DNA of 64,000 bases from Bradymonadia bacterium. Lineage in GTDB: Bacteria; Myxococcota_A; Bradymonadia; UBA7976; UBA1532. Where the stretch lies: contig JBKAGE010000034.1 in NCBI GenBank assembly GCA_046290225.1, forward strand, positions 320,001 through 384,000, read 5' to 3'. Below are positions 30,263-40,649 of this stretch, in pieces; positions within the stretch are counted from its first letter, which is position 1; each line of letters starts with the position of its first letter. The position numbers and the translations under genes were made by a program. Below the pieces are notes generated by a model. That model was not told the DNA's origin, did not search any database, and saw only the letters and a list, made by a program, of their open reading frames with translations.

Positions 30263-32545
30263 GTGACCAAGACACACGACGACGCACCCGATCAGGGTGG
30301 CGCCTCCACAGGCGCCCTCGACAGCACCAGCTTGCTCGCCCAGGCGGTGGAGCACACTCGGGCGCGGTTCGAGCAGGAGAAGTCCCTGCTCAGCTTCGAT
30401 GACTACCTCGCCATGGTGGCCCGCGATCCCGTGCCCCAGACCCGGGACACGGCCCGGTACATCCGGGACTGCTTCCTCTTCTACGGCACTGACGAGATCT
30501 CGAGGCCGTACGGGCAATTCACGCGTTATCGTCTGTTCGACTGCCCCTTCGACAACGGCCGCGATCCGCTCATCGGCCAGGAAGGCGTGCAGCAGCAGGT
30601 CTTCGGCCTGCTGAGCGACTTCGTCAACGATGGCCGCGCCCAGAAGCTCATCCTGCTCCACGGCCCCAACGGCAGCGCCAAGAGCAGCTTCGTGCGGTGC
30701 CTCATGCGGGCCCTCGAGCACTACAGTCAGCAGCCCGAGGGCGCCCTCTACACCTTCAACTGGGTCTTCCCTACCAACAAGGTGTCCAAGGGTGGCATCG
30801 GCTTCTCCGGCGGCAGCGCAGGCCCCGATCTGGCCACCTACGCCAACCTCGGCGAGTTGGAGATCGACGCCCGGCTCACCAACGAGCTGCGAGATCACCC
30901 GCTGCTGCTGCTGCCCAAGGCAGAGCGTCGCGTGCTGCTCGACGCCCTCTACGCCAACACCGGCGCTCGCCCACCGCTCAGCCTTTACGATGGTGAGCTC
31001 AGCCCCAAGGCCCGGACCATCTTCCAGGCCCTGCTCAAGGCCTACCACGGCGACCTCTCCGAGGTCCTCAAGCACGTTCAGGTGGAGCGTTTCTACGTCT
31101 CCCGGCGCTACCGCACCGGCGCGGTGACCGTGAATCCCCAGCTCCGCGTCGACGCCTCCATGCGTCAGCTCACGGCGGATCGCAACCTCGCCTCGTTGCC
31201 CCCGAGCCTGCAGAACCTCAGCCTGTTCGAGGCCATGGGCGACCTGGTGGACGCCAACCGCGGCATGATCGAGTTCAATGATCTGCTCAAGCGGTCTCCA
31301 GAGGCCTTCAAGTACCTGTTGTCCACCTGTGAAGACGGCCGGGTCAGCCTCGACCTGATGACCTTCCAGATGGACGCGGTCTTCATCGGCAGCACCAACG
31401 AGAAGTACCTCAACGCCTTCAAGGAGACGCCGGACTTCTCGAGCTTCAAGGCCCGCATCGAGCTGATCCAGGTGCCCTACCTTCGAGACTACACGCTCGA
31501 GGCCCGCATCTACGCCGATCAGGTGGACCCGGAGCGCATTGATCGGCCGGTGGCACCCCACACAGATCAGGTCATGGCCTTGTGGGCGGTGCTCACGCGG
31601 TTGCAGCCCCCTGCAGGGGTCGATCTGCCCAAGAACGTTCAAGACGTGGTGCAGAAGCTCACGCCGCTCCAGAAGGCCCGCCTGTACGCCTCGGGCTTCA
31701 TGCCCAGCGGCCTGCCCCGCGACGTGTCCAACGCTCTGCGGAGCGGCACCCCGAGCCTGTACCGGGAGACCCTGAACCACCCCTTCTACGAAGGCCGGTT
31801 CGGCGCCAGCCCCCGGGAGCTGCGTGCGGCCCTGCTCAGCGCCAGCAGGCGCTCGGGCTATCGCTCGCTCACCCCCATGGCGGTCTTCGAAGAGCTCGAG
31901 GCGCTGTGCACCCAGACCTCGGTGTACGAGTTCCTGCGGCTCGAGTCGGAGCGCGAATACCGCGCCCCTAAGGAGGCCATCGCCACCGTGCGTCAGTGGT
32001 ACCTGAGTACCGTGGAAGACGAGCTGCACGGGGCCATGGGCCTCGTGGACTCGGTGCGCACCCTGGAGCTGTTTGCCCAGTACATCGATCACGTGACCCA
32101 CTACCTGCGCAAAGAGAAGCGCCTCGATCCCGTCACTGGCAACTACCAGGATCCGGACGAGAAGCTGATGTCGGACGTAGAGAGTCGGATCGGAGTGAAA
32201 GGCAACGCCGACGATGCCCGTGCCGGGGTACTCCACCGCATCGCTGCGTGGCGGATGGACAACCCCGACGCCCCCCTCGACTACCAGATCATCTTCAGCA
32301 ACGAGATCGGCAAGATCACCGACGCCTTCTACGCCGAGAAGCGCGAGGTGGCCGATCGCATCAAACGCAACCTGCTGAAGTATCTCGTGGAAGAGAGCCA
32401 TGGGCTCAACGCAGACGAGGTGGCTCAGGTCGAGCACACCTTGAAGTCTCTGGAAGAAGATTACGGATACGCCCGCCCGTGCGCCATCGACGTGGTGGGT
32501 TTTGTGCTCAAGCACGGCCTCGTGAACCAGACGCGGGATCAGTGA
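30263..32545 (+). CDS. prkA: PrkA/YeaG-family serine protein kinase (AAA ATPase)
   Basis: LLHGPNGSAKS Walker A, DANRGMIEF, EGRFGASPRE, PDEKLMSDVE, YGY..C C-terminus. Confidence 0.88.
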   Translation: MTKTHDDAPDQGGASTGALDSTSLLAQAVEHTRARFEQEKSLLSFDDYLAMVARDPVPQTRDTARYIRDCFLFYGTDEISRPYGQFTRYRLFDCPFDNGRDPLIGQEGVQQQVFGLLSDFVNDGRAQKLILLHGPNGSAKSSFVRCLMRALEHYSQQPEGALYTFNWVFPTNKVSKGGIGFSGGSAGPDLATYANLGELEIDARLTNELRDHPLLLLPKAERRVLLDALYANTGARPPLSLYDGELSPKARTIFQALLKAYHGDLSEVLKHVQVERFYVSRRYRTGAVTVNPQLRVDASMRQLTADRNLASLPPSLQNLSLFEAMGDLVDANRGMIEFNDLLKRSPEAFKYLLSTCEDGRVSLDLMTFQMDAVFIGSTNEKYLNAFKETPDFSSFKARIELIQVPYLRDYTLEARIYADQVDPERIDRPVAPHTDQVMALWAVLTRLQPPAGVDLPKNVQDVVQKLTPLQKARLYASGFMPSGLPRDVSNALRSGTPSLYRETLNHPFYEGRFGASPRELRAALLSASRRSGYRSLTPMAVFEELEALCTQTSVYEFLRLESEREYRAPKEAIATVRQWYLSTVEDELHGAMGLVDSVRTLELFAQYIDHVTHYLRKEKRLDPVTGNYQDPDEKLMSDVESRIGVKGNADDARAGVLHRIAAWRMDNPDAPLDYQIIFSNEIGKITDAFYAEKREVADRIKRNLLKYLVEESHGLNADEVAQVEHTLKSLEEDYGYARPCAIDVVGFVLKHGLVNQTRDQ

Positions 32546-32606
32546 CGATCCCCCATCGACCCGTACACCGATGCGGAACGCACGACGCTGTGCCAAAGGA
32601 GAAGAC

Positions 32607-33041
32607 ATGAGGACGCTCTTCACGCGGATGACCCGCGGCCTGTCCCTGGCCGTGCTGGGCGTTGCCCTGAGCGCCGGTGTTGCCCTCGGCAACGCCAAGG
32701 TGCAGGAGCAGCTCACCCAGTACACGGTGAAGGCTCAAGAGTTCGACGCCCAGGACAAGGACAACCTCGTCGTCAAGGAGCGGGGCACCCTGCGGGCCTG
32801 GCTCAACGAGGCTCAGGGCCACCTGGCCAAGGACGACATCGACGAGTGCAAGCTGGCCCTCGATCGGGTCAAGGAGCAGACCAAGCTCATCGGCGCGCTG
32901 CTCACTCAGGCCGAGCGCCTGAACACCGCCCGGGTGACCCACGACAAGGCCGCCAACCTGGAGCAGTCGCTCCTGAAGACCAAGAACGAGGCTCTGCGCC
33001 TCGAGGCCCGCAAGGCCGAGCTCGAGCAGCAGGGGTTCTGA
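32607..33041 (+). CDS. Secreted coiled-coil protein
   Basis: Signal peptide, helical heptads, AGGAG RBS; directly upstream of the OmpA gene. Confidence 0.7.
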   Translation: MRTLFTRMTRGLSLAVLGVALSAGVALGNAKVQEQLTQYTVKAQEFDAQDKDNLVVKERGTLRAWLNEAQGHLAKDDIDECKLALDRVKEQTKLIGALLTQAERLNTARVTHDKAANLEQSLLKTKNEALRLEARKAELEQQGF

Positions 33042-33042
33042 G

Positions 33043-34215
33043 ATGCACGTGAATCAGCCGAAGACCCGCAAGTTCCTGGGCCTCAAGCTCGCCAGCGCCA
33101 CCGTGGCCGCCGGCGTGTTGCTGGCCTGCTCTGCCCCGCCGAAGACCAAGGCCATCCTCGACTACGAGGCCATGCGTCAGGCCGAAGAGGCCAAGATCAT
33201 CCAGGAGCGGTTTCCCGAGCTCTTCAAGAAGAGCGAGGCCAACTACCGCGAGGGGCTGGAGTACCACAACGACGGCGATGATGTTGAAGCCCTGCACTTC
33301 ACCCGCATGGCCACCATCATCTGGCGCACCGCCGCGGCCCAGAACAAGATCCGCGAGGCCGACAACTCCATCGCCGCCGGGCAGAACCGCATCCGCAACG
33401 CCCAGGAGTCCATCGAGGTGGCCACCGCCCGCCGCGACACCGCCCAGGTGGCTGTGAACCGCATGGAGCGGTTGCAGAAGATGGAGCAGGAGATGCGGGC
33501 CCAGCAGGCGGCCCTGGAGAAGCAGGCCAAGGCCAAGAAGGCCACCGAGAAGATCAACGGTGTGCTGGTGAAGCTCAAAGAGGTGGAGGCCATGGACGCT
33601 GAGCGTCACGCCCCCGGCGAGCTGAACCGCGCCCGGGCCAGCTTCCAGAACGCCCGCGAGGCCCTCGTGGCCAACAAGTTCCAGGAGGCCGAGGGCCTCG
33701 CCGATCTGGCCATGAAGGATGTGCTGGCCACCATGGCCGTGGCCAAGCCCAAATACGACGTGGAGCAGAAGGCCCGGGCCATCGAGGCCCGCCTGAAGGC
33801 CGTCGCCGAGTCTTCCTCCAGCGTGCCCACGGCCACCGCCCGCATCGCCAAGCGCGGCGTCGAGATCACCGTGCTCGAGGGTGAGCTCTTCAAGCGCAAG
33901 AAGACCAAGCTGCTGTCGGACGGCAAGGCCGTGCTCGGCCAAGCGGTGAAGCTCGCTCAGTCCTTCCCCGAGTTCAAGCTGCTCATCGAGGCCCACACCG
34001 ACAACCGTGGCCGCGCCCGGACCAACCTCAACATCACCACCAGCCAGTCTCAGGCTGTGATGAACCACCTCATCGAGGGTGGCATCTCCCCCGATCGCAT
34101 CACCTCGATCGGTCAGGGCGAAGAGGTGCCGATCCAGGAGAACTCCACCCGCGACGGCCGATCTCAGAACCGCCGCGTGAACATCGTCTTCCTGCGCCCC
34201 TCCGCCTCGAACTGA
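33043..34215 (+). CDS. Coiled-coil (DUF4398-like) OmpA-family lipoprotein
   Basis: Lipobox LLAC; EAHTDNRG...GRSQNRRVNIV peptidoglycan-binding domain. Confidence 0.88.
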   Translation: MHVNQPKTRKFLGLKLASATVAAGVLLACSAPPKTKAILDYEAMRQAEEAKIIQERFPELFKKSEANYREGLEYHNDGDDVEALHFTRMATIIWRTAAAQNKIREADNSIAAGQNRIRNAQESIEVATARRDTAQVAVNRMERLQKMEQEMRAQQAALEKQAKAKKATEKINGVLVKLKEVEAMDAERHAPGELNRARASFQNAREALVANKFQEAEGLADLAMKDVLATMAVAKPKYDVEQKARAIEARLKAVAESSSSVPTATARIAKRGVEITVLEGELFKRKKTKLLSDGKAVLGQAVKLAQSFPEFKLLIEAHTDNRGRARTNLNITTSQSQAVMNHLIEGGISPDRITSIGQGEEVPIQENSTRDGRSQNRRVNIVFLRPSASN

Positions 34216-34429
34216 CCCCCTGCTCGGGGCAGCATCTCGCCCCTCGGCACGCCATTTCACCGTCCAGGTGTCCCCCCCTCTGCTGCGTGCAGCAGATTGC
34301 ACCTTCGTGCAGACAATCACTGTGTCATACACGAGAGTGAGGGGCCCCTCGTCGAGGGGCATCCCATCTTCGATGGGGGGCCGTGTCTTTACCCCCTCAT
34401 CGACACGCTGATGCGGTAGAGTAGGCCTG

Positions 34430-36340
34430 ATGATCCCCGCCCGCCTCGGACGATATGCACTCGGTGATGAAGTCGGTCGCGGCGGCATGTCCGTCGTGTA
34501 TCGCGGTCATGATCCCGTGCTCGACCGCATCGTGGCCCTCAAGGTGCTCCACCCCCACCTCACGGGTAGAGAAGAGTCCCGGGCGCGGTTCTCGCGAGAG
34601 GCCCGGGCCGCAGCCCGCCTCGAGCATCCGCACATCGTGGCGATCCATGACTTCGCCGATGCCGCTGAAGATCAGGCCTACATCGTCACCGAGTTCATCG
34701 ATGGCCCCACGCTGAGGGCCTTCATCGAAGCGCACCCGATCACCCGCCCCGAGGTGGCCGCCCTCGTGATGTTGCCCCTCTTCGAGGCGCTGGCCCATGC
34801 CCACGAGCATGGGGTGATCCATCGCGACGTAAAGCCCGAGAACATCATGTTCCGCCCTGACGGTGGCCCGGTGCTCATGGACTTCGGGATCGCCCAGATC
34901 GTCGACATGGAGACCCTCACCAGCACCGGCACCATCCTCGGCTCTCCGGCCCACATGGCCCCGGAGATCGTCGACGGCCAGCCTGCGGTGGAGCCCGCGG
35001 ACATCTTCAGCGCCGGGACGGTGCTCTACTGGTTGGTGTGTGGCGCTTTGCCCTTTTCCGGCCCCACCCCGGCAGCGCTCTTTCGGCGCATCCTCGAGGT
35101 CCGCTTCGATCCCGTGCTTCAACGCAGGCCTCACGCCGGCCGTGCCCTGGCCCGGCTCGTGGAGCAGTGTCTCGCCCGAGAGCCCACAGATCGGCCCAGC
35201 AGTGCCGCTGAGGTGGCCCGCACGCTCAAGGGTCTGCTCGAAGAGGCAGGCCTCGTCGACCCCTCTCAGGAACTCTCGGACTTCTTCACTGATCCAGAAG
35301 TGTACCAGGAGCGCCTCGGGCATCGGGTACTGCCGGTGTACCTCACCGCTGCTCAGGATGCCTGGTCGATCAAGCAGATCCCTCGGGCCCTCGATCTGCT
35401 CGATCGCGTGCTGGCCATTGACGAGGACCATCCCGAGGCTCAAGCCCTGCTCGCCCGCATCGAGCGCGGTCAGCGCAGCGGCACCATCATCCGCATTGCG
35501 CTGGCGGCCTCGCTCTTTCTGGGGCTGGGCGCTGGCGTGTGGGCCCTCACCCTCGATGAAAGTGGGCTCGGAACACCTGACGCCGGCATCACCGCAATCA
35601 CCACGGCTCAGCGTGACGCCGTCGTCGCCGTGGCGGATGCGACGCTGGATGCCAGGGTGCCCGACGCGGTGGTACCAGACGCCGAGATCCCTGATGCCAG
35701 AATCCCTGATGCCAGAGTCCCTGATGCGGCGCCCGACGCTCGGACGCCAGACGCCACGACGACAGTGTCCACCATGGCCAGGCGCCGTCGGCGACCCTCA
35801 CGGCGCGCTGACGCAAGCGTAGCCGCCAGGTTGCCCGCTGACGCCAGCGTGCCCGTGGCGAAGATCCCCGTGGAGTTCCGGGTGGGGCGCTGGCAGGGGG
35901 CCGCCATCAAGGTCGATGGTGATCTCAAAGGCTTCGGCGGCACACTCATGGGCCGACAGGCCCGTGGCAACCCGCTCACCTTGCCCCCAGGTCGCCACCT
36001 CGTAGAGATCACAGTGCCCGGCTGTGTGCCCTTCAAGAAGACATACACGCTCCGGAGTGGACAGCCCCGCCTGCTTGTGCCCTACAACTGCACGCTGCGG
36101 CCAGCGACCCTTGTAGTGAAGACTGCCAACCAGGCAGAGCGGCTGCCTGTGCTGGCGAGCAACCGCAGCGGCACCTACCGTGGCCTGACCAATGTGCCCT
36201 TCGCCATCAAGATGAGCGATCCCGAGACCAGCACTCGTGTCTCCGTACAGCACAAAGATCGGCAGCTGTGGTCCAACATCGTGAAACTCAGAGCCGGTGG
36301 TCAGAAGTCGGTGGATTATCCCTCAGGGGGTCAGCCTTGA
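34430..36340 (+). CDS. Membrane Ser/Thr protein kinase with PEGA-like extracellular domain
   Basis: GRGGMS, HRDVKPEN, DFG, HMAPE; TM helix; PDA repeats; C-terminal beta domains. Confidence 0.93.
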   Translation: MIPARLGRYALGDEVGRGGMSVVYRGHDPVLDRIVALKVLHPHLTGREESRARFSREARAAARLEHPHIVAIHDFADAAEDQAYIVTEFIDGPTLRAFIEAHPITRPEVAALVMLPLFEALAHAHEHGVIHRDVKPENIMFRPDGGPVLMDFGIAQIVDMETLTSTGTILGSPAHMAPEIVDGQPAVEPADIFSAGTVLYWLVCGALPFSGPTPAALFRRILEVRFDPVLQRRPHAGRALARLVEQCLAREPTDRPSSAAEVARTLKGLLEEAGLVDPSQELSDFFTDPEVYQERLGHRVLPVYLTAAQDAWSIKQIPRALDLLDRVLAIDEDHPEAQALLARIERGQRSGTIIRIALAASLFLGLGAGVWALTLDESGLGTPDAGITAITTAQRDAVVAVADATLDARVPDAVVPDAEIPDARIPDARVPDAAPDARTPDATTTVSTMARRRRRPSRRADASVAARLPADASVPVAKIPVEFRVGRWQGAAIKVDGDLKGFGGTLMGRQARGNPLTLPPGRHLVEITVPGCVPFKKTYTLRSGQPRLLVPYNCTLRPATLVVKTANQAERLPVLASNRSGTYRGLTNVPFAIKMSDPETSTRVSVQHKDRQLWSNIVKLRAGGQKSVDYPSGGQP

Positions 36341-37194
36341 AGCGTGCTCTGCTCACCAGTCTCGCCCTCTGTGCCTGCGCAGGTGCTGCTCAGGCTCAAG
36401 GGCAGCCTGCTGCTGCGGCGGAAGCACCCTTCGACGCCGAGCGCGCTCTGGAGCGCGCCAACCGCGCGTACACCTTCGGGGACTACCAGACCGCCGTAAA
36501 CGAGCTCACTCCCGCTGTGGAGCCCAAGATGCGGCTGGTGGGCATCGGAGAGCAGGCTCGGGCCTTCGAGCTCCTTGGGCTGAGCCACTGGTACCTCGGC
36601 CAGACCAGCCTCGCCCAGCGCTACTTCCGGCGCATGATCCTGCTCAACCCTGACAAGGCCCTCGATCCACGGCTGGTGCCACCGCCCATCATCGAGTTCT
36701 ACGACGGCTTGCGGGCTGATCTCGCCGACGACATCAAGCGCTCCGAGGCAGAGCTGCGCAAACGCATCGAGGAAGAAGAGCGCCAACGCCAGGAGCGCAA
36801 CGCTTTGATCCGCGAGGTGACCATCGAGAAGCGCGAGCGGCTCGTGGCGCTCCTGCCCTTTGGTGCTGGCCAGTTTCAGAACGGGGATCACAAACTCGGC
36901 TGGTTCTTCATGATCTCGGAGGGGGCCGCGGCGATGACCTCGCTGGCCTGCTTCCTCGCCATCGAGAGCCTGCGGCAGGACAATACCCGCTTTCGCCAGG
37001 ACGAGACGGATCTCGCCCAGAACCTTCAGACCGTTCAGCTGACCTCGGCCTATCTGGCCATCGGCCTGGGGCTGGTGGGCATCATCGAGGCCCAGGTCAG
37101 CTTCACAGAGCAAGTCGAGACCGACCGCGGCTTCCTCCGCCCTGGCGGGCCGGACGGCTCCCCTGCTGGAGCCACGTTCATCTGGCGCTGGTAA
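36337..37194 (+). CDS. Secreted/membrane TPR protein
   Basis: Signal peptide, TPR, coiled coil, LLPFGAGQFQNG and C-terminal hydrophobic helices; TTG start overlapping the kinase stop. Confidence 0.7.
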   Translation: MKRALLTSLALCACAGAAQAQGQPAAAAEAPFDAERALERANRAYTFGDYQTAVNELTPAVEPKMRLVGIGEQARAFELLGLSHWYLGQTSLAQRYFRRMILLNPDKALDPRLVPPPIIEFYDGLRADLADDIKRSEAELRKRIEEEERQRQERNALIREVTIEKRERLVALLPFGAGQFQNGDHKLGWFFMISEGAAAMTSLACFLAIESLRQDNTRFRQDETDLAQNLQTVQLTSAYLAIGLGLVGIIEAQVSFTEQVETDRGFLRPGGPDGSPAGATFIWRW

Positions 37195-37242
37195 GCTGAC
37201 CAGGCCATCGAGCAGCAGAAACATCGAGTAGAAAGAGAGGAC

Positions 37243-39027
37243 ATGCCCAGTCTGGTGCAACACGGCCGCAGCGCCCCCTCCCCGTTGGTGAGGCGGCTGA
37301 CCTCCATTGGCTCTGATCCCGAGAACGACATCGTCGTCGATGCAGACGGCGTACTCAGCACCCACGCTCACGTGAAGCTCGAGAGCGGCCGCTTCCTGCT
37401 GGTGGCTCTGCATCGCAGCGCCCCGGTGATGGTGAATGGTCGCAAGATCAAGAAGCACGTGCTCGAGCATGGTGACGAGATCGCCATCGGCGCCGCGGGT
37501 CTGCGTTTCAACCTCTGGGACGAGCCCGGGACGCAGGAGCGGGATCAGGACGAGGGCCCCGGCGGAGACGTCATGGGGGCCTACAAACGGCTGGTGATGT
37601 TCTCCACCACACTGGCCGAGCGCCTCGACGTGCCCACTCTGCTCGAAGCCCTCATGGACGAGATCATCGCCCTCACCGGGGCCGACAAGGGCTTCTTGCT
37701 GCTCATGGAAGAGGCACCGAAGGTGGTGACCGCCCGCAACCTCAAGCGGGAGAACGTCGCCGCCACCCTCAACCAGCTCTCGGACAGCATCATCAGGCGG
37801 GTCATCGAGGGTCGACAGCCCATCATCGTGAGCGATGCCCTCCACGACACCGAGTTCAAGAGCAGCGTCTCCGTGGTGCAGCTCAGGCTGTGCTCCGTGA
37901 TGTGCGTGCCTCTGGTGTTCAGAGGTCAACTGCTCGGACTCATCTACGTGGGCAACGACAATGTGGTGAATCTATTCGACGAGCACTCTCTCGAGCAGCT
38001 CACGGTCTTCGCCACGCAGGCTGCGCTCCTGCTCGATCACGCCATTCAGCGCGACGCCCTTCAGCGGGACAACAAGGCGCTGCGCACAGCGCTCGAGGGC
38101 AGCCGCTTCGGATCCATCATCGGCGCCTGTGATCCGATGCGCGGTGTGTTCCGCACCTTGGAGAAGGTCGCAGTCACTGACATCAACGTGCTCGTGCTCG
38201 GTGAAACAGGCACCGGTAAAGAGCTCATCGCCCGGGAGCTGCACCGTCGCTCCGCCCGCAAGGATGGCCCTTTCGTGGCAGTGAACTGCGGAGCGCTGCC
38301 TGCGGATCTCATGGAATCCGAGCTCTTCGGCCACCGCCGCGGGGCCTTCACCGGCGCAGTGGAGGACAAAAAGGGCCGATTCCAGGCGGCACACAAGGGC
38401 ACACTGTTCCTCGACGAGATCGGCGAGATGCCTGCAGCGTTGCAGGTGAAGTTGCTCCGAGCGATCCAGGATCGGACGGTGACCCGAGTGGGCGACAACC
38501 GCCCTCAGCCGGTGGACATCCGCCTGGTGGCGGCGACCCACGTCGACCTGCAGGAGGCGATCAGAGAAGGTCGGTTCCGCGAGGATCTCTACTACCGCCT
38601 GAACGTGGTGAGCATCACGCTCCCGGCCCTGCGGGAGCGTGACGAAGATGTGGTGCTCATCGCCCGCTACCTGTTGGAGCGGTACGCCAAGGAATACGAT
38701 CGCAAGCTCAAGGGCTTCACCTCCGATGCCCTCATCGCCATGCGCAAGCACGCCTGGCCCGGCAACATCCGGGAGTTGGAGAACCGCCTGAAGAAGGCGG
38801 TGGTCCTCGCCGAGGGCACTCAGCTGGGCCCAGATGATCTCGATTTGGGCGAAGAGGCCCTTGCAGATCGCATCCTGCCCCTCGCTGAAGCCAAAGAGGC
38901 GTTTCAGCGCCGCTACATCGACCAGGTGCTGGCCCTGAACAACCACAACCGCACCAAGACCGCCCGCGATCTGGGCGTCGATCCCCGGACCATCTTCCGC
39001 CACCTGGAGAAGACCCGCGGCGAGTGA
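37243..39027 (+). CDS. FHA-GAF sigma54-dependent transcriptional activator
   Basis: FHA-like N-terminus, GAF, GETGTGKE, GAFTGA, LFLDEIG, WPGNIRELEN, C-terminal HTH. Confidence 0.95.
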   Translation: MPSLVQHGRSAPSPLVRRLTSIGSDPENDIVVDADGVLSTHAHVKLESGRFLLVALHRSAPVMVNGRKIKKHVLEHGDEIAIGAAGLRFNLWDEPGTQERDQDEGPGGDVMGAYKRLVMFSTTLAERLDVPTLLEALMDEIIALTGADKGFLLLMEEAPKVVTARNLKRENVAATLNQLSDSIIRRVIEGRQPIIVSDALHDTEFKSSVSVVQLRLCSVMCVPLVFRGQLLGLIYVGNDNVVNLFDEHSLEQLTVFATQAALLLDHAIQRDALQRDNKALRTALEGSRFGSIIGACDPMRGVFRTLEKVAVTDINVLVLGETGTGKELIARELHRRSARKDGPFVAVNCGALPADLMESELFGHRRGAFTGAVEDKKGRFQAAHKGTLFLDEIGEMPAALQVKLLRAIQDRTVTRVGDNRPQPVDIRLVAATHVDLQEAIREGRFREDLYYRLNVVSITLPALRERDEDVVLIARYLLERYAKEYDRKLKGFTSDALIAMRKHAWPGNIRELENRLKKAVVLAEGTQLGPDDLDLGEEALADRILPLAEAKEAFQRRYIDQVLALNNHNRTKTARDLGVDPRTIFRHLEKTRGE

Positions 39028-39207
39028 GGGGCACACATCTCGGGCTCCGTAGGGAAAACGCCCCTCATATGGGCCCAAACATTGCTCGAAACTCGCACGA
39101 TTTGCTACAACGCCCCGGTCGACCCCAAATTGCCTATTGGTGACCGACATTCGGGCCATTCAGATGGCCTGCCCCCAGTATAGATTTCCGGAAGCGAGGA
39201 GAAGCAC

Positions 39208-40395
39208 ATGGGGAACATCAAAGACTGGATGGTGGTGGCCCTGGCCGCCGGTGCCCTGACCCTGACCGCGGGCTGTGACGACGACAGCACCAGCGACGAC
39301 GGCGCCGGTGGCGCCGGTGCCGCAGCTGGCGCAGGTGCTGCTGGCGGTGGCGCTGCTGGCGCCGGCGGTGGCGTCGGTGGTGCAGGTGGTGGTGCTGCTG
39401 GCGCCGGCGGTGGCGCAGCTGGTGCTGGCGGTATGGCCGGCGGTGGCGGCATGGGTGGTGAGGGCGGCATGGCCGGTATGCCCGGCGGTGCTGGCGGCGA
39501 AGGCGGCATGGGCGGCGATCCCGGCCCCGTCGACAAGTGCGAGGACGGCGCGGGCGACATGACCGCTCTGGGCGCCATCAACGAGTTCGGCCCCAGCAGC
39601 CGCCTCGTGGGTCTCGCCATCCCCGAGAGCGCCGAGGCCGCCACTGAGGCCAACTGTGGTCTCGTGGGCCCCTCCAACGGCTCGGGCCTCTCGGCTCTGC
39701 TCGACCTCGTGGGCGGCGAAGGCCTCGACGAGTTCGTGCAGCCCGACGAGAACGGCGACATCAGCCTCCTGATCTTCTCCCAGTTCGCTGGCATGGCCGA
39801 GGGTGACACCATCCCCGGCACCGACACTGCCGACATCAACCTGTACGTCGGTGTGCAGGCCGAGGATGGCTTCCGCTACGCCAAGTCCTCCTTCGTGGAT
39901 TCGGATCCCGCCAACGGGCCCCTGATCTCCTTCGACGGCGCCAACATCTGCGACAACGGCTACCTCGAGGCCGGCCCCTCGGTCTTCACCGTGGACCTGC
40001 CCCTCGTGGAAGGTCTGCCCCTGGCCATCAGCCTGGAGCAGGCTGCCCTCCGCGGCTTCACCGCCGTGAACGGCTCCGGCCTCGACTTCAACGACGGCGT
40101 GATCGCAGGCTACCTGACCCGCGACACCCTGCTCGCCCTGGTGAACGGCATCATCACCGCCTGCGCCGCTGACGAGCCCCCCTCCCTCTGCGACACCGTC
40201 GGGCCCCTGCTCGGCAACGATCCCGAGGCAGGCCTCGACCTGCTCCTGAGCTTCATCGGCGACTTCGAGGCCGCCGTCGAGGGCAACGGCAACGTGCGCG
40301 ACTGCGACGCTGGTGTGCCCGACGACTGCAACGCCATTGGCGTGTGTCTCCAGGTGGAGATGGCCGCCGAGACCGTGGTCGGCATCGAAGACTGA
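39208..40395 (+). CDS. Acidic lipoprotein with Gly-rich linker and Cys-containing domain
   Basis: Lipobox TAGC, GGAAGA repeats, GAGGAG RBS. Confidence 0.8.
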   Translation: MGNIKDWMVVALAAGALTLTAGCDDDSTSDDGAGGAGAAAGAGAAGGGAAGAGGGVGGAGGGAAGAGGGAAGAGGMAGGGGMGGEGGMAGMPGGAGGEGGMGGDPGPVDKCEDGAGDMTALGAINEFGPSSRLVGLAIPESAEAATEANCGLVGPSNGSGLSALLDLVGGEGLDEFVQPDENGDISLLIFSQFAGMAEGDTIPGTDTADINLYVGVQAEDGFRYAKSSFVDSDPANGPLISFDGANICDNGYLEAGPSVFTVDLPLVEGLPLAISLEQAALRGFTAVNGSGLDFNDGVIAGYLTRDTLLALVNGIITACAADEPPSLCDTVGPLLGNDPEAGLDLLLSFIGDFEAAVEGNGNVRDCDAGVPDDCNAIGVCLQVEMAAETVVGIED

Positions 40396-40396
40396 T

Positions 40397-40460
40397 CTTT
40401 GCTCCGACGCTCCGGCGGCGCCAGCCGCCTTTGCTCCGACGCTCCGGCGGCACCAGCCGC
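40397..40460. repeat. 32-bp tandem direct repeat x2
   Basis: ctttgctccgacgctccggcggc(g/a)ccagccgc twice, one mismatch. Confidence 0.9.
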
Positions 40461-40649
40461 CGTGAGCGCGGCGATTCCGCGCACAGCTGCGACCTTTCCG
40501 TCCTCGGGGTAGCGCTGCTACCCCTGCGGGTGAAAGCTCGCATCTGCACACGAACTCCCCACCCTCACGACGACTGTCGCCACCTCCGCGTCTCCGCGGG
40601 GCACGTGCATGACTGGCTCTGATTTCGTTGGGGGCACCAGATGAAGCAG

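Noticed and set aside
29558..32725. 1055-aa minus-strand ORF opposite prkA, and similar long antisense ORFs elsewhere
   Set aside because: Shadow frames of well-supported genes; no recognisable motifs.
35630..35760. Near-15-bp periodic repeats in the kinase gene
   Set aside because: They encode a low-complexity (V/I)PDA linker in the extracellular stalk and are not a separate element.
37243..39027. Assigning this activator as RtcR for the TROVE locus
   Set aside because: It has FHA-GAF input domains rather than a CARF domain and lies 15 kb away in a kinase operon.
39290..39520. GGC/GGT-rich repeats
   Set aside because: They code for the Gly/Ala linker of a lipoprotein.
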